From IMG/VR virus record IMGVR_UViG_2529293063_000017: a DNA stretch of 39,037 nucleotides; one strand, 5' to 3'. This DNA comes from a virus. Taxonomy: Duplodnaviria > Heunggongvirae > Uroviricota > Caudoviricetes. Positions 8,988 to 18,300 of this stretch are shown here, one piece after another. Made by a program: the position numbers and the translations under genes. Every line of letters starts with the position of its first letter. Position 1 is the first letter of the stretch. The notes beneath the pieces were generated by a model, which saw nothing but the letters and a program-made list of their open reading frames with translations, was not told the DNA's origin and did not search any database.

Positions 8988-9301
8988 TGACGACATCAAC
9001 CAGACGGATAAGTTTCTATCTGAAGCCAGACGCCGTCAAGAGTGAACAAGAGGCGTGCAATTACCTCGATAGCCTGCCAGCCTCCGAACGCAGCCGCGCG
9101 CAACGCGCGGCCTTTCTGGCCGGACTGGCACTCATAAAACGCAACCCAGCATTTGCCTACTGGATGGCCGAATGGCCAGAGGATAACCTCCCCTTCAATA
9201 CCATTAGCACCAAGGAAACATACCAAGATAATCCGCCTAGCGGAATTGAATGCAATTTTTATAAAATAAAAAAGAATATTCAGACCTTATTCCCTGAATA
9301 A
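8988..9301 (+). CDS. parR: ParR/StbB-like centromere-binding adaptor
   Basis: ATG at 8988 with RBS aaggag; MTTSTRRISFYLKPD...LDSLPASERSRAQRAAFLAGLAL resembles R1 ParR (...RRTIAFKLNPD...LDSIPQGERSRLNRAALTAGLAL); sits downstream of parM as in parMRC loci. Confidence 0.75.
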
Positions 9302-9350
9302 TCTGATAATTGAATTTGAACTAATAAAACACATACCAACACATCATTCT

Positions 9351-9372
9351 GGCACCCTTGCTAACAGGGTGC
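9351..9372. terminator. Hairpin between convergent genes (possible bidirectional terminator)
   Basis: ggcaccct-tgctaac-agggtgcc, 8-bp stem; lies between the parR-like stop (9301) and the stop of the minus-strand membrane gene (9386); no clear U-tract. Confidence 0.35.
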
Positions 9373-9385
9373 CAATGATTTCAAA

Positions 9386-10228
9386 TCATGATGAAATTGC
9401 CGAAGTTTTTTTATCGTGCTGAAGTACCGCAAATGCCATCAAAACCTCAAGAGAATAGCGGCGATAATACTTAACAAAACCATAATAAAATACTCGAGAT
9501 GCAGCAAGAAAAAACAAGAAAAGAGGACCAAAAGGTAACAATCTGATATTTATATCTATTAAGTAAGATAGAGGGGCTAGACACATAATCAACCAGACTG
9601 AGGCGAGAAAAACGAATGTAATGTTTCTACAAAAACCATATAGAGCAACATAGTTTTGTATTTTCAACTGATGATTTTTCGAATGTTCATACACATAATG
9701 ATAAGCAAGACGAAAAAGATCTCCCCTCAACCCTTTGCGTCGATACAACGTAGAAACAGAAAAATTATTTATATAGCCATTTCGTATTTGCGGCCAAAAG
9801 GCCTTAATAAGTATAGGATGTAGTGTGGTTTTATGACACTCAGCTTTATCAAGAATTGATACAGGAAACAAAAAAACTCTACGAATAAAATTAAATATCT
9901 GGAATCCTGTACCACGGCGTTTTATTTTCAGGGGGTTTTTCGGGGAAAACAGATAAGTCGAAGGATATCCAAGCTTACTGTTCATGTATTTTTCAATTAA
10001 ACAGGATGATAGAATAGATATGAAGTGACCTAAAATATATGATAGAACGATCAATGTCACATACATAAACACACTTATTATTTCTTTATATTTCAAGATG
10101 TGGTTTAGAATACTCTCGACATAACCAGGGTTAATTTCAATAGAAAACAAAAAAAGGATAAACAGGAATAATCCACCTGGAATTAGATACCCCAAAAAGT
10201 CATAAAATGAAAACGGATTCTGTGTCAC
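9386..10228 (-). CDS. Polytopic membrane protein (about 4 TM segments), unknown family; accessory cargo
   Basis: 280 aa; hydrophobic helices near the N-terminus and C-terminus flanking a basic soluble segment; markedly AT-rich DNA compared with the phage backbone. Confidence 0.7.
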   Translation of the reverse strand: MTQNPFSFYDFLGYLIPGGLFLFILFLFSIEINPGYVESILNHILKYKEIISVFMYVTLIVLSYILGHFISILSSCLIEKYMNSKLGYPSTYLFSPKNPLKIKRRGTGFQIFNFIRRVFLFPVSILDKAECHKTTLHPILIKAFWPQIRNGYINNFSVSTLYRRKGLRGDLFRLAYHYVYEHSKNHQLKIQNYVALYGFCRNITFVFLASVWLIMCLAPLSYLIDINIRLLPFGPLFLFFLAASRVFYYGFVKYYRRYSLEVLMAFAVLQHDKKTSAISS

Positions 10229-10267
10229 ACTTCCCCCTGTGCTACTTGTAAATTAAAGAGTCAAACA

Positions 10268-10765
10268 TTATTTGTTTTTCCGTAAAGGATTAGCTTTCCA
10301 TCTTCTTACTAACCATTCGAATTCTTGATATGTAGTATCCGAATTAATGCTTTCTCTGATTGCTTTAATTAATGGCTCGGCAATATCATATGTCTCTACA
10401 ACTGTTGTGTAAGATGTTCTTTTTATCATTTTTTCATCATAAATACCTTCACGAATACTTACAGCAACTCGCTCGTAAAAATTTAAAATATATTGAAATT
10501 TTCGACGCTCGGCCATTTCCTCATCTGTTATTGTACAACCATCACAAGGAAAAACATAAGAACGAAATGATTTGCCTGAACGATGCACTTGTTTCAGGGT
10601 ATGCAATGACTCTATATATTGCATATCTTGCCGACTCTCAAAAAGAAAGTTAGCCGTTTGAGTTTTCTTTGCGGTACGCACATTGTAGATAATGGTTCCA
10701 ATGGCAACCAAAACGCCAAGCAGAACAATAGCATTGCTGATGATTTGTAGTGTTATTGGGTTCAT
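10268..10765 (-). CDS. Single-pass membrane-anchored protein (N-terminal TM plus about 130-aa cytoplasmic domain), unknown family; accessory cargo
   Basis: 165 aa; N-terminal ITLQIISNAIVLLGVLVAIGTIIY helix; AT-rich; co-oriented immediately upstream of 9386-10228, so a likely two-gene operon. Confidence 0.7.
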   Translation of the reverse strand: MNPITLQIISNAIVLLGVLVAIGTIIYNVRTAKKTQTANFLFESRQDMQYIESLHTLKQVHRSGKSFRSYVFPCDGCTITDEEMAERRKFQYILNFYERVAVSIREGIYDEKMIKRTSYTTVVETYDIAEPLIKAIRESINSDTTYQEFEWLVRRWKANPLRKNK

Positions 10766-10786
10766 CCTATTTCATCCATAAAAAAG

Positions 10787-10812
10787 GCGGGGAGCAAATC
10801 CCCGCCTCATTA
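10787..10812. other. GC-rich palindrome; terminator or cos-proximal element
   Basis: aaaaaaggcgggga-gcaaa-tccccgcctc; partial resemblance to the G-rich P2/186 cohesive-end sequence as I recall it; lies in the about 650-bp non-coding stretch next to Q where P2 carries cos. Confidence 0.3.
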
Positions 10813-10961
10813 GAGGTCAACGTAGCTTAGAAACCATCAAATTCATCATACATTTTTTTCATATCAACCCCCTCATAGAAATCATAACCACGTTTTGTGG
10901 TTTTTGTGACGCATAAACTACATCAAAGGCAAGCCACGGTCAAATATATAGGCATGCTTAC

Positions 10962-10988
10962 CTGCACAAAAGTGCACAAATTTGCACA
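10962..10988. repeat. Three tgcacaa direct repeats at exact 10-bp spacing (helically phased)
   Basis: tgcacaa at 10962, 10972 and 10982; upstream of the membrane-protein cassette promoter region and within the presumed cos-proximal non-coding DNA. Confidence 0.4.
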
Positions 10989-11413
10989 ATTTTTTTGAAC
11001 GACTTTTTGCCCTTCCGGCCCGCGTGGCGGCTGGAGCCGTCAAGGATCCGTGCATGCACAAAAAAACGCGCTTTTTCTGCGCGCAGGTGACGGGGGAACA
11101 GCCCGCGTTTCAGGGGGTAAATAGCATCCCCTGAACGATGTCGCAGCGACACAACAGAATGGCTGTATTTCTCACGCTGAGCGTGAAGAATACGTGAGGG
11201 ATTCTGATTTGATGGGGTGAAAGGTAAGGCCGTCAAAATCGCACTGAGGCGGCGAGAACATGCAGTCAACGCGGTGGGATTGCGTAAGAGTCTGACCGTC
11301 GATGGTGGCGATAAACTGGAAGGCGTCGTGAAATTATCTGACTGATACAGGAGCTGGAGAGTCGGGGCATAAATTTTTTATGCCCCGGCGAAGCAGCAGA
11401 CAAGCGAAGCGCG

Positions 11414-12460
11414 TCAGGATGTGGGCAGGGTGTCTAACAGTGCGTAAGGGTTAAAGCGGATCACCTCTTCGCCAAGCCAGTCATTGATGTGCTTCATGGC
11501 CTCCATGACGGGCATCAGCTCGTTAATTGCGTAAACCCGCGCGGCCTTCTCCACATCACCAAACGCACTTTTTTCACCCGGCATCGCCCCCATCAGTTGC
11601 GGCGGAACGCGGTGCGCAGCCAGCACATCATCACGGGATGCCGCCTTAACATTCATGAACTCATCCTTTGCGGTGATCTGCTGGAACGGCAAAATTTGCA
11701 CCCCCTCTTTGCCCCCGTTGGGCGCATGAATGAGCACGTTTTTAAACGCACCACCACCACGCGCACCCTGTAGCGTTTCTTTCAGGGAGTCCATGCTTTC
11801 GCGGTTTACCTGCGCTGCACCGATGTAGATGATGCACCCGGCGTGGGATCCGTTGTCGTAATACAGTTTTCTGAACATGTCCGCCGAATGAGACAGGCTG
11901 GCCGAGAGTAATGCGCCGAGATATTCCGGCATGCCGTAGATTTCCTGGTTAATGTCCGGATTCATCAGGTGGCACACTTTGCCTGGGCGAAACTGAAACG
12001 CATCCTTGCCATCCTGCACATACCACCATGATTCAAGATCGCTTCCGCGTCGCATGTATTTCGCCAGGGCGTGCCGTAATTTAAGCGGTTCGCCGAGCAT
12101 ATTGCTTCGAAGCTCAAGGAATGCGTTACCGAACACAAACCAGTCCAGCGCCAGCGCCGAGAAATCCTGCCGGGAAAGCAGCGGGTGCGGGATGTAGCAA
12201 CCGAGCAATACATTGCGCTTAAAGTAAAGCGCAGACTGATGCCAGGACGTTTGCCGGGCGGCTCTTGCCAGACCGTACCAGTCCACCGGGGTTTCATACC
12301 ACCGCCCGTTATCAGCACAGTACATATTGTCCAGCAGGTCATGCCCGGTCAGGCGATAAGGACCATCAAATGTGAATGCACTGAGCGATGATTCTTTCCT
12401 GAGCGCATCAGCGAGATCAATGCGTGAACTCATGCGCACTTTTTTATTTTTTCTGCTCAT
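11414..12460 (-). CDS. Q: Portal (capsid vertex) protein, gpQ-like
   Basis: 348 aa; size and position (leftward operon with the terminase, divergent from O) match P2 Q. Confidence 0.8.
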   Translation of the reverse strand: MSRKNKKVRMSSRIDLADALRKESSLSAFTFDGPYRLTGHDLLDNMYCADNGRWYETPVDWYGLARAARQTSWHQSALYFKRNVLLGCYIPHPLLSRQDFSALALDWFVFGNAFLELRSNMLGEPLKLRHALAKYMRRGSDLESWWYVQDGKDAFQFRPGKVCHLMNPDINQEIYGMPEYLGALLSASLSHSADMFRKLYYDNGSHAGCIIYIGAAQVNRESMDSLKETLQGARGGGAFKNVLIHAPNGGKEGVQILPFQQITAKDEFMNVKAASRDDVLAAHRVPPQLMGAMPGEKSAFGDVEKAARVYAINELMPVMEAMKHINDWLGEEVIRFNPYALLDTLPTS

Positions 12461-14211
12461 CAGAACTCCATAACCGTGAAACGCTCGTTTTCTCCTTCGC
12501 CGCCAATTGGTTCGTTAATGACAGCAAGCATGGTTGCCCACGCAAGGTCGCCGTGGCTGATCCCCCTCGCGCGGTCCGTTTCGTAAGTGATAAAGCCGCC
12601 CGGTGTTTTCACCTTACGCACGGCGTTAAAGGCCGCGACCAGCTCGCGTTCGGCGCGATCGTATTCCCACCGCCCGGCACGCATTATTTGCAGCATTTTC
12701 AGTACCAGCGACCGTTTTGATGACAGCGTGAAGGTGTACGGAATAGCGGCAGGGAAAAACCGTTTCACTATCTGATAAACAGCCTCCCCGTTCCCGCCCG
12801 TCACATCAATGCCGATGTGTTCCACGTTGTAGCGACACGTGAACTCTTCAATGACTCTGGCCTGTTCTTCAAACTCCAGCCCCTGAACGCGTCGCGTCTC
12901 CACCGTTCGAAAACGGCCACCAGGAACAGACGGAGGAACCACCACGGACACAGCGCCGCTGTCGCCGTTGCCACTGCTGCCGTTTGCGTCATACCCAATC
13001 CATACCGGACGATTCCCCATCGGGCGGGGAGCAAAAGGTTTCCAGTCTTTCCAGTCGTCGTATCCGTCAACGCCACAGCCAATCAGGATATTCAGGTTAA
13101 ATGCCGATTCCCCTTCGCGGACAAACTCACACATATAGAGATTGAGGAACTCGTCTTCGGTGTTTTCATCACGAATTTCATCAATATCGGTGTGTTTCCA
13201 GCCGTGATTAACCACATCTTCCAGCGTGACAATTTGCCGCCACGTCCGGTCAGGGCAGATAAGCCCGTTATGCAGCGTTTTCCAGTCCACAGAAAAACGC
13301 TGGCGTTTATGCGAGGCCTTTTTCTCGTTCCAGCGGTCGCCGTTCCAGTAGGCGTATGCCTCGTGCGTTTCGGTGGATGGCGTGGAGAAGTAGGTGCGCC
13401 GCAGTCCGCTGAGGGTTGCCATAGCGCCAGCCACCTTGCGCAGTTCAGCAAAGCGACTGACCCAGAAAAATTCATCAAAATAAAAATTGCCCGTATAGGA
13501 CTGTGCCGACGCAGCAGAAGTGCCGAGAAAATGCAGCTCTGCGCCGTTGGAGAGGATGATTTTATCGCCCCCTTTCAGCTCCACATCAACTTCAGCCGCG
13601 GCCTTCTGAATAATGCTTTTAAACTGGAACGCCTGACGACGCGACGCAGACAAAAAAATCTGGTTACGCTGGTAAGGTTGCGCCACATCGTCACGCAGCG
13701 CCATCAGCAGTGCTTCCTGTGCAAAATACCAGGTCGCCCCAATCTGTCGGGATTTCAGGATCATCCTGTTACGTATCCCGGCTTCCCTGCAAAGGGTCAG
13801 GGAGTCAAACCAGCCCCGCTGATGCCACTCCAGCCTGCTGATGATTTTTTCCCGCAGTGCGGCAATCTGTTCCGGCGTGAAATGATTTTTGAGTTTTTTC
13901 GCCCGGCCTTTCTTTCCTGTGGCCGTCGCATCCGGCTGGCCATCATGCAGTTTTTTAAGCTGCCGGGTCAGCAGGTCTATTTCCTTGAAGTCACCACCTG
14001 TTTTATTCTGTTTTTCAGTGAGCTGGATGAGGCGCGCATCGATGGACTGCGTGACACGCTGCACGGGTGGCGTTTCATCCCACTGGTCGCGTTTTTTCCA
14101 CGCATAAATCGTGTTCGGGTTTATTCCCATCAGACGTGATATTTCTGCGGGCGGATAACCCTGCCAGTAAAGTTGCCGCGCACGCTGGCGCACAAAAGCG
14201 TCCTGAATCAT
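12460..14211 (-). CDS. P: Terminase large (ATPase) subunit, gpP-like
   Basis: 583 aa; N-terminal HTH-like segment then a large ATPase/nuclease body; size and position match P2 P. Confidence 0.85.
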   Translation of the reverse strand: MIQDAFVRQRARQLYWQGYPPAEISRLMGINPNTIYAWKKRDQWDETPPVQRVTQSIDARLIQLTEKQNKTGGDFKEIDLLTRQLKKLHDGQPDATATGKKGRAKKLKNHFTPEQIAALREKIISRLEWHQRGWFDSLTLCREAGIRNRMILKSRQIGATWYFAQEALLMALRDDVAQPYQRNQIFLSASRRQAFQFKSIIQKAAAEVDVELKGGDKIILSNGAELHFLGTSAASAQSYTGNFYFDEFFWVSRFAELRKVAGAMATLSGLRRTYFSTPSTETHEAYAYWNGDRWNEKKASHKRQRFSVDWKTLHNGLICPDRTWRQIVTLEDVVNHGWKHTDIDEIRDENTEDEFLNLYMCEFVREGESAFNLNILIGCGVDGYDDWKDWKPFAPRPMGNRPVWIGYDANGSSGNGDSGAVSVVVPPSVPGGRFRTVETRRVQGLEFEEQARVIEEFTCRYNVEHIGIDVTGGNGEAVYQIVKRFFPAAIPYTFTLSSKRSLVLKMLQIMRAGRWEYDRAERELVAAFNAVRKVKTPGGFITYETDRARGISHGDLAWATMLAVINEPIGGEGENERFTVMEF

Positions 14212-14365
14212 TGCTCCCCCTGAGTAATTACAGGAAGATTACCCGCGCGCGAAACCGTTCTCCTTAACCCCCTGTTCTGGCCGTTTTCTTACAACAAAAG
14301 CCCTTTGTATCAGCCTGTTACGCTTTGCCATCATGACTGAAGAACCAGTCAGAGGGGCAAAAACT

Positions 14366-15202
14366 ATGGCTAATGAAAAAAAGACATCCCGCAAAAAGTT
14401 TCGCGTGGCTGTCTCCGGATCAACTGTTGATGGCCGCGAAATCAGCCCGGTACATCTGCGTGAAGCCGCCGAGAACTTCAACCCGGATGTTTACGCTGCC
14501 CGCGTGAACGTTGAGCACTATCTCTCGCCATGCCCGTCAAGCGAATTTTCCGCAATGGGCGATGTCACCGCGCTGAGTACGGAAGATATTACGGAAGGCC
14601 CGCTGGCCGGACGTACTGCGCTGTATGCAGAAATCGAACCGACCGAGCGCATGAAGCAGCTTGTCGCTGACGGCAAGAAAATCTATTCCAGTATCGAACT
14701 GCACCCGCAGTTCTCCGTTAACGGGCGTGCCTATCTGGTCGGACTGGCGATGACCGACACCCCGGCAAGCCTGGGCACTGAGCGCCTGAAATTCACGGCA
14801 CAGCAGCGTCAGGCGGTGATGACGTTCAACAGTATCCAGGGTGAAGCACCGCTTATCTCCGAAGCCATCGAGTCTGAAATCATCGAAATGGCAGAACAAC
14901 GCCAGGAAGAAGGCACCCAGTGGTTTAACCGCGTAATGGGGATTATTGGTCGTGGCCGCAAAGCGGATGACGCCAGTTTCTCCCGTATTCAGGAAGCGGT
15001 GGAAGGCGTTGCAACGTCACAGGCCGACATTATCGACCGTTTTAATGTGCTGGAAACCCGCCATCAGCAGGACCGCCAGAAAATCACGTCACTGACCACA
15101 GAGCTGACAGCACTGAAGGAAAAACTGCGCACGCAGGACGGCGATCCGCAGAACCGCTTCACCGCAACGGGCGCAGCCTCCGACCAGCTGGCTGACTTCT
15201 GA
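14366..15202 (+). CDS. O: Capsid scaffolding protein, gpO-like
   Basis: ...KKFRVAVSGSTVDGREISPVHLREAAENFNPDVYAARVNVEH... resembles P2 gpO; ATG at 14366 is preferred over the upstream alternative start at 14333. Confidence 0.85.
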   Translation: MANEKKTSRKKFRVAVSGSTVDGREISPVHLREAAENFNPDVYAARVNVEHYLSPCPSSEFSAMGDVTALSTEDITEGPLAGRTALYAEIEPTERMKQLVADGKKIYSSIELHPQFSVNGRAYLVGLAMTDTPASLGTERLKFTAQQRQAVMTFNSIQGEAPLISEAIESEIIEMAEQRQEEGTQWFNRVMGIIGRGRKADDASFSRIQEAVEGVATSQADIIDRFNVLETRHQQDRQKITSLTTELTALKEKLRTQDGDPQNRFTATGAASDQLADF

Positions 15203-15225
15203 TAAGACAAAGGAGCAAATTTTTT

Positions 15226-16278
15226 ATGAATCTGGTGATGTCAGATATTACCCGCAACAAGCTGGGTTGCTATATGGCGCAGCAGGCGTCGCTTAATAAT
15301 ATCCCGGTTTCCGCACTGGTATCGCGATTTACCGTAGAACCCTCGGTGCAGCAGCGTTTTGAAAACGCCTCAAAGGAAAGTACCGAATTTACGAAAAGAA
15401 TTAACGTGATCGGCGTGACCGACCAGAAAGGCGAAAAAATCCTCCTGGATACCACAGGACCGATTGCGCGCACGAATACCAGTTATGACGGCACAAAACG
15501 CCGTAACCCGAATAACGTGGTTGATCTGAAAAACCGCAAATACCAGTGCGAACAGGTGAACTACGACACGTTTATTTCGTATCCGCAGCTTGATGCCTGG
15601 TCGGCACACCCTGATTTTCAGTCCCGCATCAGCGCACAGATTGCCCGACAGGTGGCACTTGACCGCATCATGATCGGTTTCAACGGCACGTCTCACGAGG
15701 ATGAGTCCAACTTCAGCACCAACAAGCTGCTTCAGGACGTTAACGTGGGGTGGCTGGAGCACATCAGAACCGACGCCAGCGAACGCGTTATGAATGACGT
15801 GACGCTGACCTCCCGTAACATGGACAACACCGTGGCGCACGCGGGTAAGTATGCGAACGCTGATGCACTGGTACAGGACGCGCGCTCATCCCTGCTGGAT
15901 GAATGGCACAAGGAAGCTGACGACCTCGTGGTGATTATGGGGCGCAACCTGTTTAACTCGCTGCGTCTGCCCGTGCTGAACAGCATCAGCGGCCAGAATC
16001 CCAATGCGGAATTACTTGCCGGGCAGCTCATCCTGTCATCGCGCACCATTGGCGGGCTGGGCGTGTTCCTTGCGCCGTTCTTCCCGGATGCGACGATGCT
16101 GATCACCTCGTTCAACAACCTGTCGATTTACTGGCAGAAAGGTTCAATGCGTCGTCTGATGAAAGACGAACCGGAATACAACCGCATCGCCACCTACCAG
16201 TCCATCAATGACGCTTATGTCGTTGAAGACTATGGCAAGTGCGCGATGGTCACAGGCCTGAAGTTCGCCGACAGCTAA
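15226..16278 (+). CDS. N: Major capsid protein, gpN-like
   Basis: 350 aa; ...RFTVEPSVQQRF...INVIGVTDQKGEKILLDTTG...KYQCEQVNYD... matches P2 gpN motifs; RBS aaggagc upstream. Confidence 0.9.
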   Translation: MNLVMSDITRNKLGCYMAQQASLNNIPVSALVSRFTVEPSVQQRFENASKESTEFTKRINVIGVTDQKGEKILLDTTGPIARTNTSYDGTKRRNPNNVVDLKNRKYQCEQVNYDTFISYPQLDAWSAHPDFQSRISAQIARQVALDRIMIGFNGTSHEDESNFSTNKLLQDVNVGWLEHIRTDASERVMNDVTLTSRNMDNTVAHAGKYANADALVQDARSSLLDEWHKEADDLVVIMGRNLFNSLRLPVLNSISGQNPNAELLAGQLILSSRTIGGLGVFLAPFFPDATMLITSFNNLSIYWQKGSMRRLMKDEPEYNRIATYQSINDAYVVEDYGKCAMVTGLKFADS

Positions 16279-16323
16279 TCAACTCACGGCGGGCATCATG
16301 CCCGCCTGTAACGGAGAGAAAAA

Positions 16324-17124
16324 ATGATTACTCCTGCACAGCAACACTGGCAGAACGTGATGGCACAGCGCGCAGGCCGGGCGAATGAAGGCGTGGACCA
16401 CGCCGCGCGTACCGCGCATGAAGAGGTGCTGTATCGTCTGCGTCTGGCACAGGCCCGGCTTAAGGGCGTACAGGCCAGAAGCGCGAAAGCCGCCATCAAA
16501 AAAGAGTTGTTGCCGGACTTTTCCGGCTGGATTGAGGGAACGCTGGAGGCTGACGGTGGGCAGCAGGATGAAGTGATTGCCACGCTGATGGTGTGGGCGA
16601 TTGACTGCGGCGATCTTCCGCTGGCGCTGCGTATTGGTGCATATGTGGTCCGTCACAACCTCATCATGCCGGATAACTTTGGCCGTACTGCTGCCACAGT
16701 GCTGACCGAAGAAATCTGCAATCCGGTACTGACGCAGGCCGGGACGGATGCCGACGCGGATTTGTCCGCCTTTATCGAACCACTGGACACCCTCCGGGAG
16801 ATTGTCACCGACCAGGACATGCCGGACGAAGTGCGCGCCAAATTATGCAAGGCGTGTGCCTTTGCCCGTCGTGGCCTGACCGATGCAGACAGCATGGCCC
16901 TGTCACTGAAGCTGCTGCGCGAAGCGATGCACCTGAACCCGAACGCAGGTGTGAAACGCGAGATTGCAACCCTTTCCCGCGCCCTGAAGAAAGCCGATTC
17001 CGCAGCCGCACCAGAAGACGCCAGCGCACAGCAGGCGCAGGACGAAAGCAGCAAAAGTAAAAAGACAACGCGGAAGCCTGCAACACGAAAAACCACCGCG
17101 ACGCAGAAGGCGAAGCGCGGTTAA
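16324..17124 (+). CDS. M: Terminase small/endonuclease subunit, gpM-like
   Basis: 266 aa; ...KKELLPDFSGWIEGTLEADGGQQDEVIATLMVWAIDCGDLPLALRIGAYVVRHNLIMP... resembles P2 gpM. Confidence 0.85.
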   Translation: MITPAQQHWQNVMAQRAGRANEGVDHAARTAHEEVLYRLRLAQARLKGVQARSAKAAIKKELLPDFSGWIEGTLEADGGQQDEVIATLMVWAIDCGDLPLALRIGAYVVRHNLIMPDNFGRTAATVLTEEICNPVLTQAGTDADADLSAFIEPLDTLREIVTDQDMPDEVRAKLCKACAFARRGLTDADSMALSLKLLREAMHLNPNAGVKREIATLSRALKKADSAAAPEDASAQQAQDESSKSKKTTRKPATRKTTATQKAKRG

Positions 17125-17225
17125 CGACTGACCCCGTCAGCGGGCGGCGTGCGCGGTGTTCCGGTTTGACTCCGTGACCGTTTACACCGCGCACCCACCG
17201 CCCGATTTTTTCAGGAGTGAACCCC

Positions 17226-17720
17226 ATGAGTATGGTTGCCAGAACCAACCCCGGACCCGCAGAGGACGACATCACCGATACCGATGATGGTGATACCCGT
17301 ATTTCAGCGGGCGCATTCTGGCCGGATATTGTGCTGCGTGAGCTGCGTCTGGCGGTACGACTGCCGGGCCGTGTGACCACCTCCCGCCTGCTGCATACCG
17401 CCACCGGGGCCGTGGCACACGTTACCCGCGAGCTGGAAGCGTGGCAGCAGGAACAGCAGGCGGCTGGCCATCAGACGCTGGCCGATGTTCCGGCACCCGT
17501 AATTAACGGAGAAAGCGTCAATCTCTGGCACTGGCGCAATGCTGTTTATACCGCCACACGCGCCCTGATTCTGGAGCGTTACCGCGATGCGGACACAACG
17601 GACAAGGGCGACCGCCGGGCGGACGCACTGGATATACAGACATCGGATTTGTGGCGCGATGTGAGCTGGGCCATCTCTGACATTCTGTGCCGCCCGCGAA
17701 TCTTTGCGGAGTTGTGCTGA
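17226..17720 (+). CDS. L: Head completion/stabilisation protein, gpL-like
   Basis: Position after M; ATG at 17226 with RBS aggag; stop overlaps the X start (ctgATGa). Confidence 0.8.
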   Translation: MSMVARTNPGPAEDDITDTDDGDTRISAGAFWPDIVLRELRLAVRLPGRVTTSRLLHTATGAVAHVTRELEAWQQEQQAAGHQTLADVPAPVINGESVNLWHWRNAVYTATRALILERYRDADTTDKGDRRADALDIQTSDLWRDVSWAISDILCRPRIFAELC

Positions 17721-17920
17721 TGAAAGTGAAGGCACTGGAAGGCGACACCGTGGATTCGCTCTGTTTCCGGTACTACGGCACGACGCAGGGCGTCACCGAA
17801 AAGGTGCTGGATGCCAACCCCGGACTCTGTCAGCAGGTAGTTCTGGACGCCGGGCAGGACGTGGAGATGCCGGAGCCGGAGAAGAAGAAACGAGAAATGA
17901 TTCAGTTGTGGGGGGAGTAG
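17720..17920 (+). CDS. X: Tail protein X-like (LysM-like fold)
   Basis: MKVKALEGDTVDSLCFRYYGTTQGVTEKVLDANPGL... resembles P2 gpX (MKTFALQGDTLDAICVRYYGRTEGVVETVLAANPGL...). Confidence 0.85.
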   Translation: MKVKALEGDTVDSLCFRYYGTTQGVTEKVLDANPGLCQQVVLDAGQDVEMPEPEKKKREMIQLWGE

Positions 17921-17922
17921 TA

Positions 17923-18246
17923 GTGAGCACCATTCAAACAGGGATCACAGAGCAGGTTATTGTGTGGCTCTTTGACCACCTGCCAACGGTGTATGCAGCA
18001 GGCGCGGCGGTCAGCATTTCCGCGCTGATGAGTCTTTATGACGGACGAACGCTGGTTCAGACCGTAACGGGATCGCTGGCGTGCGGCGTTCTTGCCATGG
18101 CCGTGGCCGGGTCGTTGCGCTTCTTCGGAGTTCCTGAAGATGCCGTGACGTTTTTCGGCGCATCTATCGGTTTTATGGGCGCAGAAAAAGCACGCGACAA
18201 GATCATTGCCGCCTTTAACCGCATAACCCAAAAGGGAGATGAATAA
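17923..18246 (+). CDS. Holin (gpY-like), two to three TM segments
   Basis: GTG start at 17923 after RBS ggggggag; hydrophobic helices; sits between X and the endolysin. Start codon uncertain. Confidence 0.55.
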   Translation: MSTIQTGITEQVIVWLFDHLPTVYAAGAAVSISALMSLYDGRTLVQTVTGSLACGVLAMAVAGSLRFFGVPEDAVTFFGASIGFMGAEKARDKIIAAFNRITQKGDE

Positions 18247-18300
18247 ATCGCAGGCTTAAAGCCGGTAATCACCATAAAAATCATTCACAGAGATGACGAA

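Noticed and set aside
10787-10812. Exact P2 19-nt cohesive-end sequence
   Set aside because: Only a partial resemblance (aggcgggga / tccccgcct palindrome) was found; I cannot assert this is the cos cleavage site without an alignment or virion end mapping.
10958-11269. 103-aa minus-strand ORF
   Set aside because: Falls in the presumed cos-proximal non-coding region; Arg-rich translation with no RBS; likely spurious.
12817-14139. 440-aa plus-strand ORF
   Set aside because: Lies entirely antisense within the terminase large subunit gene (12460-14211); low-complexity translation.
16279-17404. Minus-strand ORFs (125-199 aa) overlapping M and L
   Set aside because: Antisense to well-supported capsid and terminase genes.
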